Shown in pieces: positions 10,111 through 18,592 of a stretch of DNA of 64,000 nt. The stretch spans positions 194,684 through 258,683 of the forward strand of contig CAWJIE010000003.1 in NCBI GenBank assembly GCA_963842885.1. The letters run 5' to 3'. The DNA comes from an uncultured Nitrososphaerota archaeon (GTDB lineage: Archaea; Thermoproteota; Nitrososphaeria; Conexivisphaerales; DTJL01). Under the pieces are notes generated by a model. That model worked only from the letters and a program-made list of their open reading frames with translations, had not been told where the DNA came from and ran no database searches. The position numbers were made by a program, and so were the translations under genes. The first letter of the stretch is position 1. Each line of letters starts with the position of its first letter.

Positions 10111-10208
10111 CCTCGTTCTCAGGGGGTTTCCGTCATTCACCTCCATGGCCGGGGAGAACTCCGGGCCATGAGGAATAGGTTATATTTGCCACCACTAGCC
10201 CTTTTGCA

Positions 10209-12011
10209 TTGGATGCTGGTCCCGCCATGTCCTCACATATACGACAGCCCATCGTGGTCGTCCTTGGTCACACGGATGCGGGCAAGACCTCCATCTTGGA
10301 CAGGATCAGGGGCACCGGCGTCCAGGGTCGCGAAGCTGGAGGAATCACGCAGCAGATCGGTGCCAGCTACTTCCCTCCTGAGACGCTCTCTTCCATCTGT
10401 GGGCCCCTGCTGAAGAGCCTGGGGGGAGGCGTGAAAATCCCCGGCCTTCTCGTAATAGATACGCCGGGACACGAAGCGTTCAGCAACCTCCGCATCAGGG
10501 GTGGGTCGGCAGCTGACATCGCCGTATTAGTCGTGGACATCACCAAAGGTCTTGAACCCCAGACGTTGGAGAGCATCGAGATACTCAAGGGGCGGCGAGT
10601 TCCGTTCGTCGTCGCGCTGAACAAGATCGACCTCCTCGCTGGCTGGCGACCAAAGCCCAGCAGGCTTGTAGTAGCCGCCCAGAAGGAGCTGGAGCCCGCT
10701 ACCCTCGAGCTGCTGGACCAGGGGATCTACAAGGTCGTGGGGCAGCTTTCTAGGCTCGGCTTCAGCAGCGAAGCCTACTACAGGGTTCAGGACTTCACGA
10801 AGGAAATCTCAATCGTGCCAGTCTCTGCTCGCACGGGCGAGGGCACGGCCGAGCTGATGGCCATCATTGTGGGCCTGACCCAGCAGTTCATGACGGAACG
10901 CCTGAAGACCAGCCTGGGCCAGCCGAGGGGTATCGTGTTGGAAGTCAAGGACGAACCAGGTCTCGGCGAAACGGCGAACGTCATATTGGTCGACGGTGTA
11001 CTGAGGGTGGGCTCGACGGTGGTCGTTGGCAAGAAGGATGGGGCGCAGGGGGTGAAGATCAGGGCTCTCTTGGAGCCGAAGCCTCTCGACGAAATGAGGG
11101 ACCCACGGGACAGGTTCACACCCGTGCAGGAAGTCTACGCGGCTGCGGGAGTGAAGCTCTCGGCGCCGGACCTCGAAGGGGTACTGGCCGGCTCCCCCGT
11201 GGTCGGCGTCACACCGGAGCAGGACCTCGAGGAGGCGAGAAGGTTCGTCGATTCGGCCGTCAGGGAGGCGCTGGTCCAGACGGACGTGCTGGGCGTCGTC
11301 CTCAAGGCGGACACGCTGGGAGCCCTCGAGGCCATAACGACGGTGCTGAAGAAGAAAGAGGTCCCCGTCAGGATCGCTGACATCGGTCACGTGAACAAGA
11401 GGGACCTCGTCCAGGCGGAATCCGTCCTTGTTTCAGATAGGTACCTCGGAGTCATTCTGGCCTTCAACGTCAAGGTGCTGGAGGAGGCGGAGGAAGAGGC
11501 GAAAGAGAGGGGTGTGAGGGTCTTTGCCAGCGACGTAATCTACAACCTCATCGACGACTACATGACTTGGGCAGCGACGGAAAAGGAGAACGAGCAGAGG
11601 GCCGCCCTGTCGGCCATGACCCCTCCATGCAAGTTCCGGCTTGTCAAGGGCCTGGTCTTCCGCAGGAGCGGACCAGCGGTGTTCGGCATCGAAGTCATGG
11701 AGGGTACGCTTAGAAGCAAAGTGAAGGTCATGAACTCCGGAGGTGAGGAGGTGGGAGTCGTCCAGCAGCTGCAGACCGAGGGAAGTGAAGTGGAGACGGC
11801 GAGGAAAGGGGAGCAGGTGGCCATCTCCATGAAGGAACCGATCATCGGCCGCCAGATCAAGGAGGAGGAGGTCCTCTACACCCTGCCTTCGAGCGACGAC
11901 GCGAGGCTCTACAAGACGCGCTTCGCGGACCAGCTCTCCCCGCAGGAGCTGAAGCTCCTGGACAACATCATCTCCATGAGAAGAAAGGTCCAGTACATGT
12001 ACGCGTTCTGA
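10209..12011 (+). CDS. infB: Translation initiation factor aIF5B (IF-2)
   Basis: 600-aa ORF; VVVLGHTDAGKTSILD, IDTPGHEAF and LNKID GTPase motifs. The ATG at 10227 is an alternative start. Confidence 0.9.
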   Translation: MDAGPAMSSHIRQPIVVVLGHTDAGKTSILDRIRGTGVQGREAGGITQQIGASYFPPETLSSICGPLLKSLGGGVKIPGLLVIDTPGHEAFSNLRIRGGSAADIAVLVVDITKGLEPQTLESIEILKGRRVPFVVALNKIDLLAGWRPKPSRLVVAAQKELEPATLELLDQGIYKVVGQLSRLGFSSEAYYRVQDFTKEISIVPVSARTGEGTAELMAIIVGLTQQFMTERLKTSLGQPRGIVLEVKDEPGLGETANVILVDGVLRVGSTVVVGKKDGAQGVKIRALLEPKPLDEMRDPRDRFTPVQEVYAAAGVKLSAPDLEGVLAGSPVVGVTPEQDLEEARRFVDSAVREALVQTDVLGVVLKADTLGALEAITTVLKKKEVPVRIADIGHVNKRDLVQAESVLVSDRYLGVILAFNVKVLEEAEEEAKERGVRVFASDVIYNLIDDYMTWAATEKENEQRAALSAMTPPCKFRLVKGLVFRRSGPAVFGIEVMEGTLRSKVKVMNSGGEEVGVVQQLQTEGSEVETARKGEQVAISMKEPIIGRQIKEEEVLYTLPSSDDARLYKTRFADQLSPQELKLLDNIISMRRKVQYMYAF

Positions 12012-12012
12012 G

Positions 12013-12029
12013 CCGAAAAGCTATATAAG
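12013..12029 (+). promoter_or_regulatory. Putative BRE/TATA promoter (CCGAAAAGCTATATAAG) for rps6e
   Basis: A/T box about 40 nt upstream of the 12065 start, in an otherwise GC-rich context. Confidence 0.4.
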
Positions 12030-12064
12030 ATTCGTAAAGGAGGCTCCTAGGAGAGGAACGGCAG

Positions 12065-12478
12065 ATGCCAACGTTTCAAGTAGTCCTGTCGGAGCCGAAG
12101 ACCAGGAAGGCTGTCAAGCTGGAGCTGAAGGATCCGAAGTCTTCGTTCATGATCGGGCTGAAGCTCGGTCAGGTCGTGGACGCCAACCCTATTGGCATCA
12201 AGGGCAAGATCAAGATAACCGGAGGAAGCGACAAGGCGGGATTCCCAATGAGGATGGGCATACAGGGAAGCGGCAAGAAGTATGTGAACTTAGCCGACTC
12301 CCCGGGCTTCAAGCCGACGACTTCTGGTTTGCGAAAGAGGAAGCTACTAAGGGGGGAGACCGTCTCGGAAGACATCTACCAGATCAACGCCGTGCTGACC
12401 GAAGGGGAGATGCCGGAGGCGCCAGCTGAAACCAAAGCCGAAGCGGAGGCCGGCGCTAAGGCAGGCAAGAAGGCCTAG
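12065..12478 (+). CDS. rps6e: Ribosomal protein S6e
   Basis: 137 aa; KIKITGGSDKAGFPMRMGIQGSGKK..GLRKRKLLRG. Confidence 0.9.
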   Translation: MPTFQVVLSEPKTRKAVKLELKDPKSSFMIGLKLGQVVDANPIGIKGKIKITGGSDKAGFPMRMGIQGSGKKYVNLADSPGFKPTTSGLRKRKLLRGETVSEDIYQINAVLTEGEMPEAPAETKAEAEAGAKAGKKA

Positions 12479-12531
12479 CCGCCTTCATCCTGAACCTTTA
12501 TCAATGCATCTTCGGGATACCCTAAACGTAC

Positions 12532-13770
12532 ATGTCCAGCGGACCCAGCAAGCCTATTCCAAGGCAGCCGGAGGTCAACATCGGCACCAGCGGCCATGTG
12601 GACCATGGGAAGACCACCCTGGTGGAAGCCCTGACGGGGAAGTGGACCAGCGCCCACAGCGAGGAGCTTCGAAGGGGGATCACCATCAGAGTGGGCTACG
12701 CAGATGCTGGCATCTACCGCTGCGAAGGCGTGGCCCCTCCGTCATGCTACAACACTGACGGGGAGTGCGATGGTGGGGAAGCCCGGCTGCTCAGAGTGGC
12801 TTCTTTCGTCGACAGTCCAGGACACGAGAGCCTCATGGCCAATATGCTCAGCGGCGCTGCCATAATGGACGGTGCGATAATCGTTATCGCCGCCAACGAG
12901 CCCGTGCCCCAGCCTCAGACCAAGGAGCACGTCCAGGCGCTCAGGATGATCGGCGTCGACAAGGTGGTCGTCGCCCAGAACAAGGTGGACTTGGTCGCGT
13001 ACGAGCAGGCCATCCAGAACGAAGAAAAGATCAAAGGCTTCCTCGAATCGTTCGGCTACGGCGGAGCGCCGCTCGTCCCCATCTCCGCTCAGAAGCATCT
13101 CAACATCGATGCGCTGCTGGAGGCGATCGAAACGACCATACCTACTCCGCAGAGGGATGTCTCCGCGAAGCCGTTCATGCATGTGCTGCGTTCATTCGAC
13201 GTCAACAAGCCGGGGACCGCCATCGACAAGGTGCGGGGAGGTGTCCTCGGAGGCAGCCTCACGCAGGGCTCCCTCAAGCTGGGCGACGAAATCGAAATAA
13301 GGCCAGGCCTCTACGACCAAATCAAGACGAAGTACGTGCCGGTGGTTACCAAGGTCGTCAGCCTGGGCACCAGCGCGGGGCTCGTGGAATCGGTAAAGCC
13401 GGGGGGACTGGTGGCCGTGGGGACGACTCTGGACCCCTTCTACACGAAGAGCGACTCCCTGGTGGGCAGCGTGGCTGGGATTCCCGGGACTCTTCCCGAG
13501 GAGATCAGCGAGCTGGGGATGAAAGCCAGTCTCTTCGACACGGTCATTGGGGTGAACGAAACCATCAAGGTGGACCCAATCAAGATGAATGAAATCCTCA
13601 GGCTCAATATTGGCACGGCGACGACCGCGGGCAGCGTCGTGCAGATGAAGGGTGGGAACACATATGTCAAGTTGAGGAAGCCCGTGTGTCCGGCGCAGGG
13701 TGCTAGGGTGGCCATCAGCAGAAGAGTGGTCGACCGCTGGAGACTCATCGGCTCGGCCACACTGGTGTAG
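12532..13770 (+). CDS. eif2g: Translation initiation factor aIF2 gamma subunit
   Basis: 412 aa; NIGTSGHVDHGKTTLVEALTG, VDSPGHE and QNKVD; conserved position after rps6e. Confidence 0.9.
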   Translation: MSSGPSKPIPRQPEVNIGTSGHVDHGKTTLVEALTGKWTSAHSEELRRGITIRVGYADAGIYRCEGVAPPSCYNTDGECDGGEARLLRVASFVDSPGHESLMANMLSGAAIMDGAIIVIAANEPVPQPQTKEHVQALRMIGVDKVVVAQNKVDLVAYEQAIQNEEKIKGFLESFGYGGAPLVPISAQKHLNIDALLEAIETTIPTPQRDVSAKPFMHVLRSFDVNKPGTAIDKVRGGVLGGSLTQGSLKLGDEIEIRPGLYDQIKTKYVPVVTKVVSLGTSAGLVESVKPGGLVAVGTTLDPFYTKSDSLVGSVAGIPGTLPEEISELGMKASLFDTVIGVNETIKVDPIKMNEILRLNIGTATTAGSVVQMKGGNTYVKLRKPVCPAQGARVAISRRVVDRWRLIGSATLV

Positions 13771-13773
13771 CCA

Positions 13774-14145
13774 TTGCTTGTCCTTCTGGACACCAGCATC
13801 CTGATCTTCCTGGCCGGGAGGCCCTCCACATTCTTGGACGACCTTAGGGTAAAGATGGGCAACGTGGAGTTTGCAGTGCCTGACTCGGTCATAGGCGAGC
13901 TGAAAGGCCTGGCCGAGTCGAAGATGGCGAAGGCAAAGAAGGCCAAACTGGCGCTTTCATATGCGACGGGGCTGAAGTGCCTGAGACATGGGGGAGAGGC
14001 GGACGACGCTCTCGTGAGCCTGGCGGAAGAGAAGGATGCGCTGGTGGCGACCTTGGACAGGAAGCTCTTGTCTTCGCTCAGGAGGAGGGGCGTCCTAGTG
14101 GCCACCCTGAAGGACCATCGCCTGTTGCTGCTTGGGATGGAATAG
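13774..14145 (+). CDS. PIN-domain protein (Fcf1/COG1412-like)
   Basis: 123 aa; LLDTSILI N-terminus and acidic residues (EADDALV, ATLDRKL). Conserved archaeal position between aIF2-gamma and rpoE. Confidence 0.65.
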   Translation: MLVLLDTSILIFLAGRPSTFLDDLRVKMGNVEFAVPDSVIGELKGLAESKMAKAKKAKLALSYATGLKCLRHGGEADDALVSLAEEKDALVATLDRKLLSSLRRRGVLVATLKDHRLLLLGME

Positions 14146-14191
14146 TGGACTCGACGCAAGGGCGGATTATGGAGGCCAAGGTCTGGACATA

Positions 14192-14210
14192 TTGAAAAGT
14201 TTAAAATACG
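14192..14210 (+). promoter_or_regulatory. Putative BRE/TATA promoter (TTGAAAAGTTTAAAATACG) for the rpoE operon
   Basis: Shares the 14-mer TGAAAAGTTTAAAA with 8751-8764; about 60 nt upstream of 14266. Confidence 0.5.
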
Positions 14211-14265
14211 TGCGCCTGAGACCTCTTCGTGGAGCAGGGCCGCCAGGTCTTTGTGAGAGGGTAAA

Positions 14266-14862
14266 TTGTTCCAGTTAGTCAAGCTGAGGGATGTAGTTAG
14301 GGTTCCCCCAGACAAGTTCAGGGAGCCGCTGAAGGAGGTGGCCGAAGCGGTGCTAAAGATGAGGTACGAGAGCACGCTGACCCCCGAACACGGCTACATA
14401 ATCCTGGTGACCGGAGTCCAGGTCGAGCCCGTCGGCAAGATGGTTCACGGAGACGGCGGCATCTACCATCACGTCGAGTTCAGCGTACTGGCCTACGAGC
14501 CGAAGCTTCAGGAAATCGTAGAGGGAGAGGTCGTCGAAATCACGGAATTCGGCGCTTTCGTCAGGATTGGACCCGCCGACGCCCTCCTGCACGTGTCGCA
14601 GATCATGGACGACTACATATCTTCCGACCTCAAGCAGGGGATAATCCTGGGGAGCAGCACCAACAGGAAGCTGAAGGTGGGCTCCAAGGTGCGTGTGAGG
14701 ATAACCGCTGTAAGCCTCAGCCGGGGGATCAGCCTGGGGAAGATAGGCGTCACATGCAGACAGCCGTTCTTGGGAGCCCTTGAATGGATCGAAGAGGACC
14801 TGGCCAAGGCCGCGCCCAAGCGCGAGGCGAAGGAGCCGAAGGAACAGAAGGGCGGCAAATAG
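14266..14862 (+). CDS. rpoE: DNA-directed RNA polymerase subunit E (Rpo7)
   Basis: 198 aa; N-terminal Rpb7-like fold plus S1 domain (GEVVEITEFGAFVRIGPADALLHVSQI). Confidence 0.85.
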   Translation: MFQLVKLRDVVRVPPDKFREPLKEVAEAVLKMRYESTLTPEHGYIILVTGVQVEPVGKMVHGDGGIYHHVEFSVLAYEPKLQEIVEGEVVEITEFGAFVRIGPADALLHVSQIMDDYISSDLKQGIILGSSTNRKLKVGSKVRVRITAVSLSRGISLGKIGVTCRQPFLGALEWIEEDLAKAAPKREAKEPKEQKGGK

Positions 14863-14864
14863 AC

Positions 14865-15053
14865 TTGGCCAAGGAGCTCGCGTGCAGGAAGTGCATGTTC
14901 ATCAGCCAAGGGAAGGTCTGCCCGGCATGCGGTTCGGTCGACCTGACCGAGAACTGGAAGGGCCTCGTCGTCATATTCAACGTTGAGAAATCCGAGGTCG
15001 CTAAGACCCTGGGCGTATCCAAGCCTGGGAAGTACGCTCTGCAAGTGAGCTAA
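14865..15053 (+). CDS. spt4: Transcription elongation factor Spt4 (RpoE'')
   Basis: 62 aa from a TTG start; CRKC...CPAC zinc ribbon, NWKGLVVI. TTG is forced because the next ATG lies after the first Cys pair. Confidence 0.8.
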   Translation: MAKELACRKCMFISQGKVCPACGSVDLTENWKGLVVIFNVEKSEVAKTLGVSKPGKYALQVS

Positions 15054-15059
15054 GCACTC

Positions 15060-15578
15060 TTGCCATATTACAAGCTTGGCAACTACCTCAGAGAAGAGTT
15101 CAACAGGCCGCTGGGGGCCGTCATCAGGAACAGCGAGCTGGAGGCCTACTTCAAGAGCGTAGATGTCAAGGATTCGTCTCTAGTGACCGTGGGAGACAGG
15201 ACTACAGAGTATTTCGTGACTCACGGCCATCGGCCCAGGCTGCAGATCGTGGATTCGCTGGAGAAGAGGGCGAAGCGGACGGCGCCCGTCGGCGGGTTCG
15301 ACCACATCACCAGCGTCAGCAATCCGGCGGGGGGAATCTCAGGCGAGGCGATGGAACTGGTTAGGCTAGAACTAGGCCGGGGGGACGCGGCGAGAATCCT
15401 GGTCAACGGGGAGGAGGACCTTCTGGTCCTTCCCGCCGTCCTCTTTGCGGAGGAGGGAGCCGACGTTTTCTACGGGCAACCCAACGAGGGAATGGTGCAT
15501 GTGAGGGTTTCGTCTCAGACGAGGAAGAAGGTGACCGAGATGCTTGCCCAGATGGGCTACGCGGCAGCCACCCGATGA
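15060..15578 (+). CDS. DUF359/COG1909 protein, probable GTP-dependent dephospho-CoA kinase
   Basis: 172 aa; VTVGDRTT..RPRLQIVDSLEKR..ILVNGEEDLLVLPAV. Family assignment from memory of the Thermococcus DPCK family; conserved operon position. Confidence 0.65.
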   Translation: MPYYKLGNYLREEFNRPLGAVIRNSELEAYFKSVDVKDSSLVTVGDRTTEYFVTHGHRPRLQIVDSLEKRAKRTAPVGGFDHITSVSNPAGGISGEAMELVRLELGRGDAARILVNGEEDLLVLPAVLFAEEGADVFYGQPNEGMVHVRVSSQTRKKVTEMLAQMGYAAATR

Positions 15579-15649
15579 CCTCCCCGGATTGACGTTTCGT
15601 CATCTCTCCTACCATAAGCTTCTTAAATGCTTACGCTGGTAGGCGTTGG

Positions 15650-16009
15650 ATGACTATGTCCCTGCAGCGGACGAAGCTGTTCGAGAACACACTGCTCGGT
15701 CGCAAGGAGGGCACCTTCCTCTTCAAGGACGCGGCCGGCATGCTGACGAGGTCCCAGGCCATCAAGATGGTGGCGACCGACCTAGGCGCCAAGGAGGAGA
15801 ACGTGATGACGATAGCCATCAGGGGCAAGCATGGAACGCGCGATCTCGTCGGCACGTTCTACGTGTTCGACGACATGAAAGCGGCGAAGGACCAGCTGCC
15901 CAAGTACTACTTCCTCAGAAGCATGCCCAAGGACGAGAGGAAGAAGTACTTCGACGAACAGAGGAAGAGCAAGGCGAAGAAGGTGGCGCCGGCTCAGCAG
16001 AAGAAGTAG
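15650..16009 (+). CDS. rps24e: Ribosomal protein S24e
   Basis: 119 aa; NTLLGRKEGTFLF..TRSQAIKMVATDLGAKEENV..GTFYVFDD. Confidence 0.85.
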   Translation: MTMSLQRTKLFENTLLGRKEGTFLFKDAAGMLTRSQAIKMVATDLGAKEENVMTIAIRGKHGTRDLVGTFYVFDDMKAAKDQLPKYYFLRSMPKDERKKYFDEQRKSKAKKVAPAQQKK

Positions 16010-16031
16010 GGACATGGGGGGGAATTGAGTT

Positions 16032-16271
16032 TTGAGCGCTCCAGAAGCAGCACCGCCGGTGGAAGAGAAGAAGCCGAAGGCCGTCCGAAAGCCGAAGAAG
16101 CCGAAGGTCAGCCCTTCTGTGTACAAGTTCTACACTGTAAGCGGTTCGGTCCTGTCCAAGACGAAGCGCGAGTGCCCCAGATGCGGGAGAGGCACGTTCA
16201 TGGCGCAGCATAAGGATAGGTACTACTGCGGCAAGTGCGGATTCACCGAGTGGTTCGAAAGGAAGCGCTAG
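16032..16271 (+). CDS. rps27ae: Ribosomal protein S27ae
   Basis: 79 aa; CPRCGRGTFMAQHKDRYYCGKCG zinc ribbon. TTG start. Confidence 0.85.
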   Translation: MSAPEAAPPVEEKKPKAVRKPKKPKVSPSVYKFYTVSGSVLSKTKRECPRCGRGTFMAQHKDRYYCGKCGFTEWFERKR

Positions 16272-17890
16272 GGTATCTCCAACTCCTTCCTGATGGCGAT
16301 GGCCACGGGGGGCTGGACGAGTATCTGGAAGGGAAGGATATACTTGGAAGCCGAAGCAGATACCAGATTGGACTTGGGTCCGCTCTTCCCATAGCTCGAC
16401 TTGAATAGCCGCACGAGCTGGACCGCCGCTTCGGGGGAATCGGCCGTTATGGCAGAGTAATAGAGGTATTCGACTATGTCCCAGGGCTGCTCGCCCCCCT
16501 CCTCTGCCTGCTCGAGGTCCACTATGTTGACCCCTGCGTCGTTGATGAGCACGTTGCTGGGCTTCGTGTCGCCCAAGCAGTAGTTCATCGAGTGGATCCT
16601 GCCGAGGACCTCCGCGAACCGCTGCACCTTCGCCGCGGCAGTGAGGCTCCCCCTCATGGCTTCTCTCGTCAGCGGCTCCAGGTTCTCCCCTTCGACAAAC
16701 TCCTTGACGATGACCTTATCGTCCGGCGCGACAAGGACGATTCTAGGGGTCAGCGCGCCGGCACGTTTGATCGAGATGGTCCCCCTGTATTCCCTAGACA
16801 GCCTGAGGAGGGGCTTCGATTCGAACTGCTTCGCGGTGACGGTCATCATGTTGGCTACAACCCACTTGAAGCTCCAGAAATCCTGGTACTTCTTCGCCAC
16901 CAGCTTCGTCTCCCCACCAGGATGTTGTATGGTGTAGAGGGTGGCAGAAGAGAAGAAGTCGCCCAAGTTCTCGGTCCTGTACTGGTAGGGAGACCCTATC
17001 TTCAGCTCAACTATGGCCTCCTTGATCCAATCCGACGAGAAGACAAGCCGGCCGTGGGGGAGGAGGATCATGTCCTTCGGCTCCTCCAGCTCAGGAGGCA
17101 GCTTCTCGACGGCCCTGCTGCGGCCTATCTTGGAAGCAAGTTCCTTGAAGGCGGTGTTAGCGCCCACCATGCCGGCGAACCCGTGGGCGATGTACTGCTT
17201 GATGCCTCGCTCCGCCAGCCGCAGGGGTTCAGCGAAGAGAGGGGCCTTGATCTTCCTCCCGGCTTCGCTGGTGAGGACGCAGTAGTCCCCCTCCCGCCTC
17301 AAGAAGTCTTCATCCACAAGCTCCTTGATGACGCGCTCGAAGCCCACGAGAGAGCTGGCGACGTTCCCCTCCTTCAGATGGCCGCCGTAGGTCTTCGCGT
17401 AGGAGTAGATTACCGGCGGATAGACGAAAGCCCTCTTCTTCAGCTTCCCGAACAGGAAGTACGAAGGCGGGATGAGCATCTGTTGAGCGAAGGCGTCGTA
17501 CCTGTCCAGGAGCTCCTCTATGGCCTCCAGCACGACGCGGCGCTTCAGGATGTCCTCGACGTTCCTCAGGAGCTCGGCGCCCTCCAACGCCTGGTACGTG
17601 TTCAACAGCCTCCCCGCGACGAACTCGCCCAGAGAGGCTTCGCCGGCGTCCTTGTTCAGGGCCTCCTCGTCCACAAGGAGGGCCGAATACTCCTTGCCCT
17701 CTAGGTCTCCGTATACGTACTTGGCGCGGGGGCGCAGCTTGTCTACGACGACGATCAGATCGAAGTCGCTGTCGGGCCGCGAGTAGCCGGCGACCTTCGA
17801 CCCGTAGGCGGCGACGGCGAGGATCTTCTTTCCCTGGGCGGCACGACTCGCTGCCCTGAGGACGATCTCCTTCCCTTCGTCGCTGAGCAT
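16268..17890 (-). CDS. Fusion protein: N-terminal Pol-beta-type nucleotidyltransferase plus C-terminal Bud32/RIO-like protein-kinase domain
   Basis: 540 aa. N-terminus AAYGSKVAGYSRPDSDFDLIVVV (GS..D.D NTase signature). C-terminus LVAKKY, VKEFVEGENL, LGDTKPSNVLI and IVDLEQA (kinase VAIK / HRD-KPxN / DFG-like blocks). Confidence 0.6.
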   Translation of the reverse strand: MLSDEGKEIVLRAASRAAQGKKILAVAAYGSKVAGYSRPDSDFDLIVVVDKLRPRAKYVYGDLEGKEYSALLVDEEALNKDAGEASLGEFVAGRLLNTYQALEGAELLRNVEDILKRRVVLEAIEELLDRYDAFAQQMLIPPSYFLFGKLKKRAFVYPPVIYSYAKTYGGHLKEGNVASSLVGFERVIKELVDEDFLRREGDYCVLTSEAGRKIKAPLFAEPLRLAERGIKQYIAHGFAGMVGANTAFKELASKIGRSRAVEKLPPELEEPKDMILLPHGRLVFSSDWIKEAIVELKIGSPYQYRTENLGDFFSSATLYTIQHPGGETKLVAKKYQDFWSFKWVVANMMTVTAKQFESKPLLRLSREYRGTISIKRAGALTPRIVLVAPDDKVIVKEFVEGENLEPLTREAMRGSLTAAAKVQRFAEVLGRIHSMNYCLGDTKPSNVLINDAGVNIVDLEQAEEGGEQPWDIVEYLYYSAITADSPEAAVQLVRLFKSSYGKSGPKSNLVSASASKYILPFQILVQPPVAIAIRKELEIP

Positions 17891-18591
17891 CAGTCCCCGA
17901 TCTCCTTGATTTTCTTCAGAGCTGCCTGGTCGAAGTCGGCGTTAAGCACAGCTTCGAGAGGTATCTTCACCGAGTTGTCGTCAGGACGGACCACGGTGAC
18001 GGGGAGCTTCTGCTCGTACCAGCTGCTTAACGTCCTCCGGTTAAGTGCTTCATCTGTGAAGCCCTCTTCGAACTTGGCGTCGATGAGCGTGGAGAGGCTC
18101 TTGAAACGGCCGAAGATCCTCTGAGGAGGCATGGCCTCCTCCATGTCGCGGTATGTCGCCTCGAACATGGTGGAGGCCGCTGGCGCTGACACGGGCTGCT
18201 CTGAGAAGCGCCTGATGAGCTCGAGATAGTGCGTGAACTCATGCGCCACGACCGCGAGCACCGTCTTCCTCGAAGCGTAGAGCACCAGGGGGGCGGTGAA
18301 CTCAATCAGGAGGTGAAGCCTGTTGTTGACCGCGACGGGCACGTTTCTGGCATAGTAGATGCCTGTTGCGCCCGTCTCGACGGACGACCGGACCAGTATC
18401 AGGAGGGGCTGAATATAGTAGGGAGGATACGACAGCGAGGCGGCCTTCTCGACTCTCTGGATAGACTCCTGGAGGATGGAGGTCCTCTCTACGAGCTTCC
18501 CGTAGACCTCGGGCGGAAGCTTGCCCGACTGGAGCGCCTCCTTGGCCCTGACCAGCGGGTCCACCCGAAGCGGCATATTAGGAAAAGCCAA
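17890..18591 (-). CDS. Hypothetical HExxH protein (putative zinc metallopeptidase)
   Basis: 233 aa with a single VVAHEFTHYLE motif. Its stop overlaps the start of the downstream NTase-kinase gene at 17890. Confidence 0.45.
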   Translation of the reverse strand: MAFPNMPLRVDPLVRAKEALQSGKLPPEVYGKLVERTSILQESIQRVEKAASLSYPPYYIQPLLILVRSSVETGATGIYYARNVPVAVNNRLHLLIEFTAPLVLYASRKTVLAVVAHEFTHYLELIRRFSEQPVSAPAASTMFEATYRDMEEAMPPQRIFGRFKSLSTLIDAKFEEGFTDEALNRRTLSSWYEQKLPVTVVRPDDNSVKIPLEAVLNADFDQAALKKIKEIGD

Positions 18592-18592
18592 G

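Noticed and set aside
16592-17704. Long antisense or out-of-frame ORFs (370 aa here). Others: 262-732, 1918-2733, 8922-10106, 12765-13592, 27386-28183, 27547-28407, 49703-50485, 51300-52073.
   Set aside because: All overlap genes with clear family motifs on the other strand or frame. Their products are Arg/Pro/Gly-rich, as expected for shadow ORFs in GC-rich DNA.
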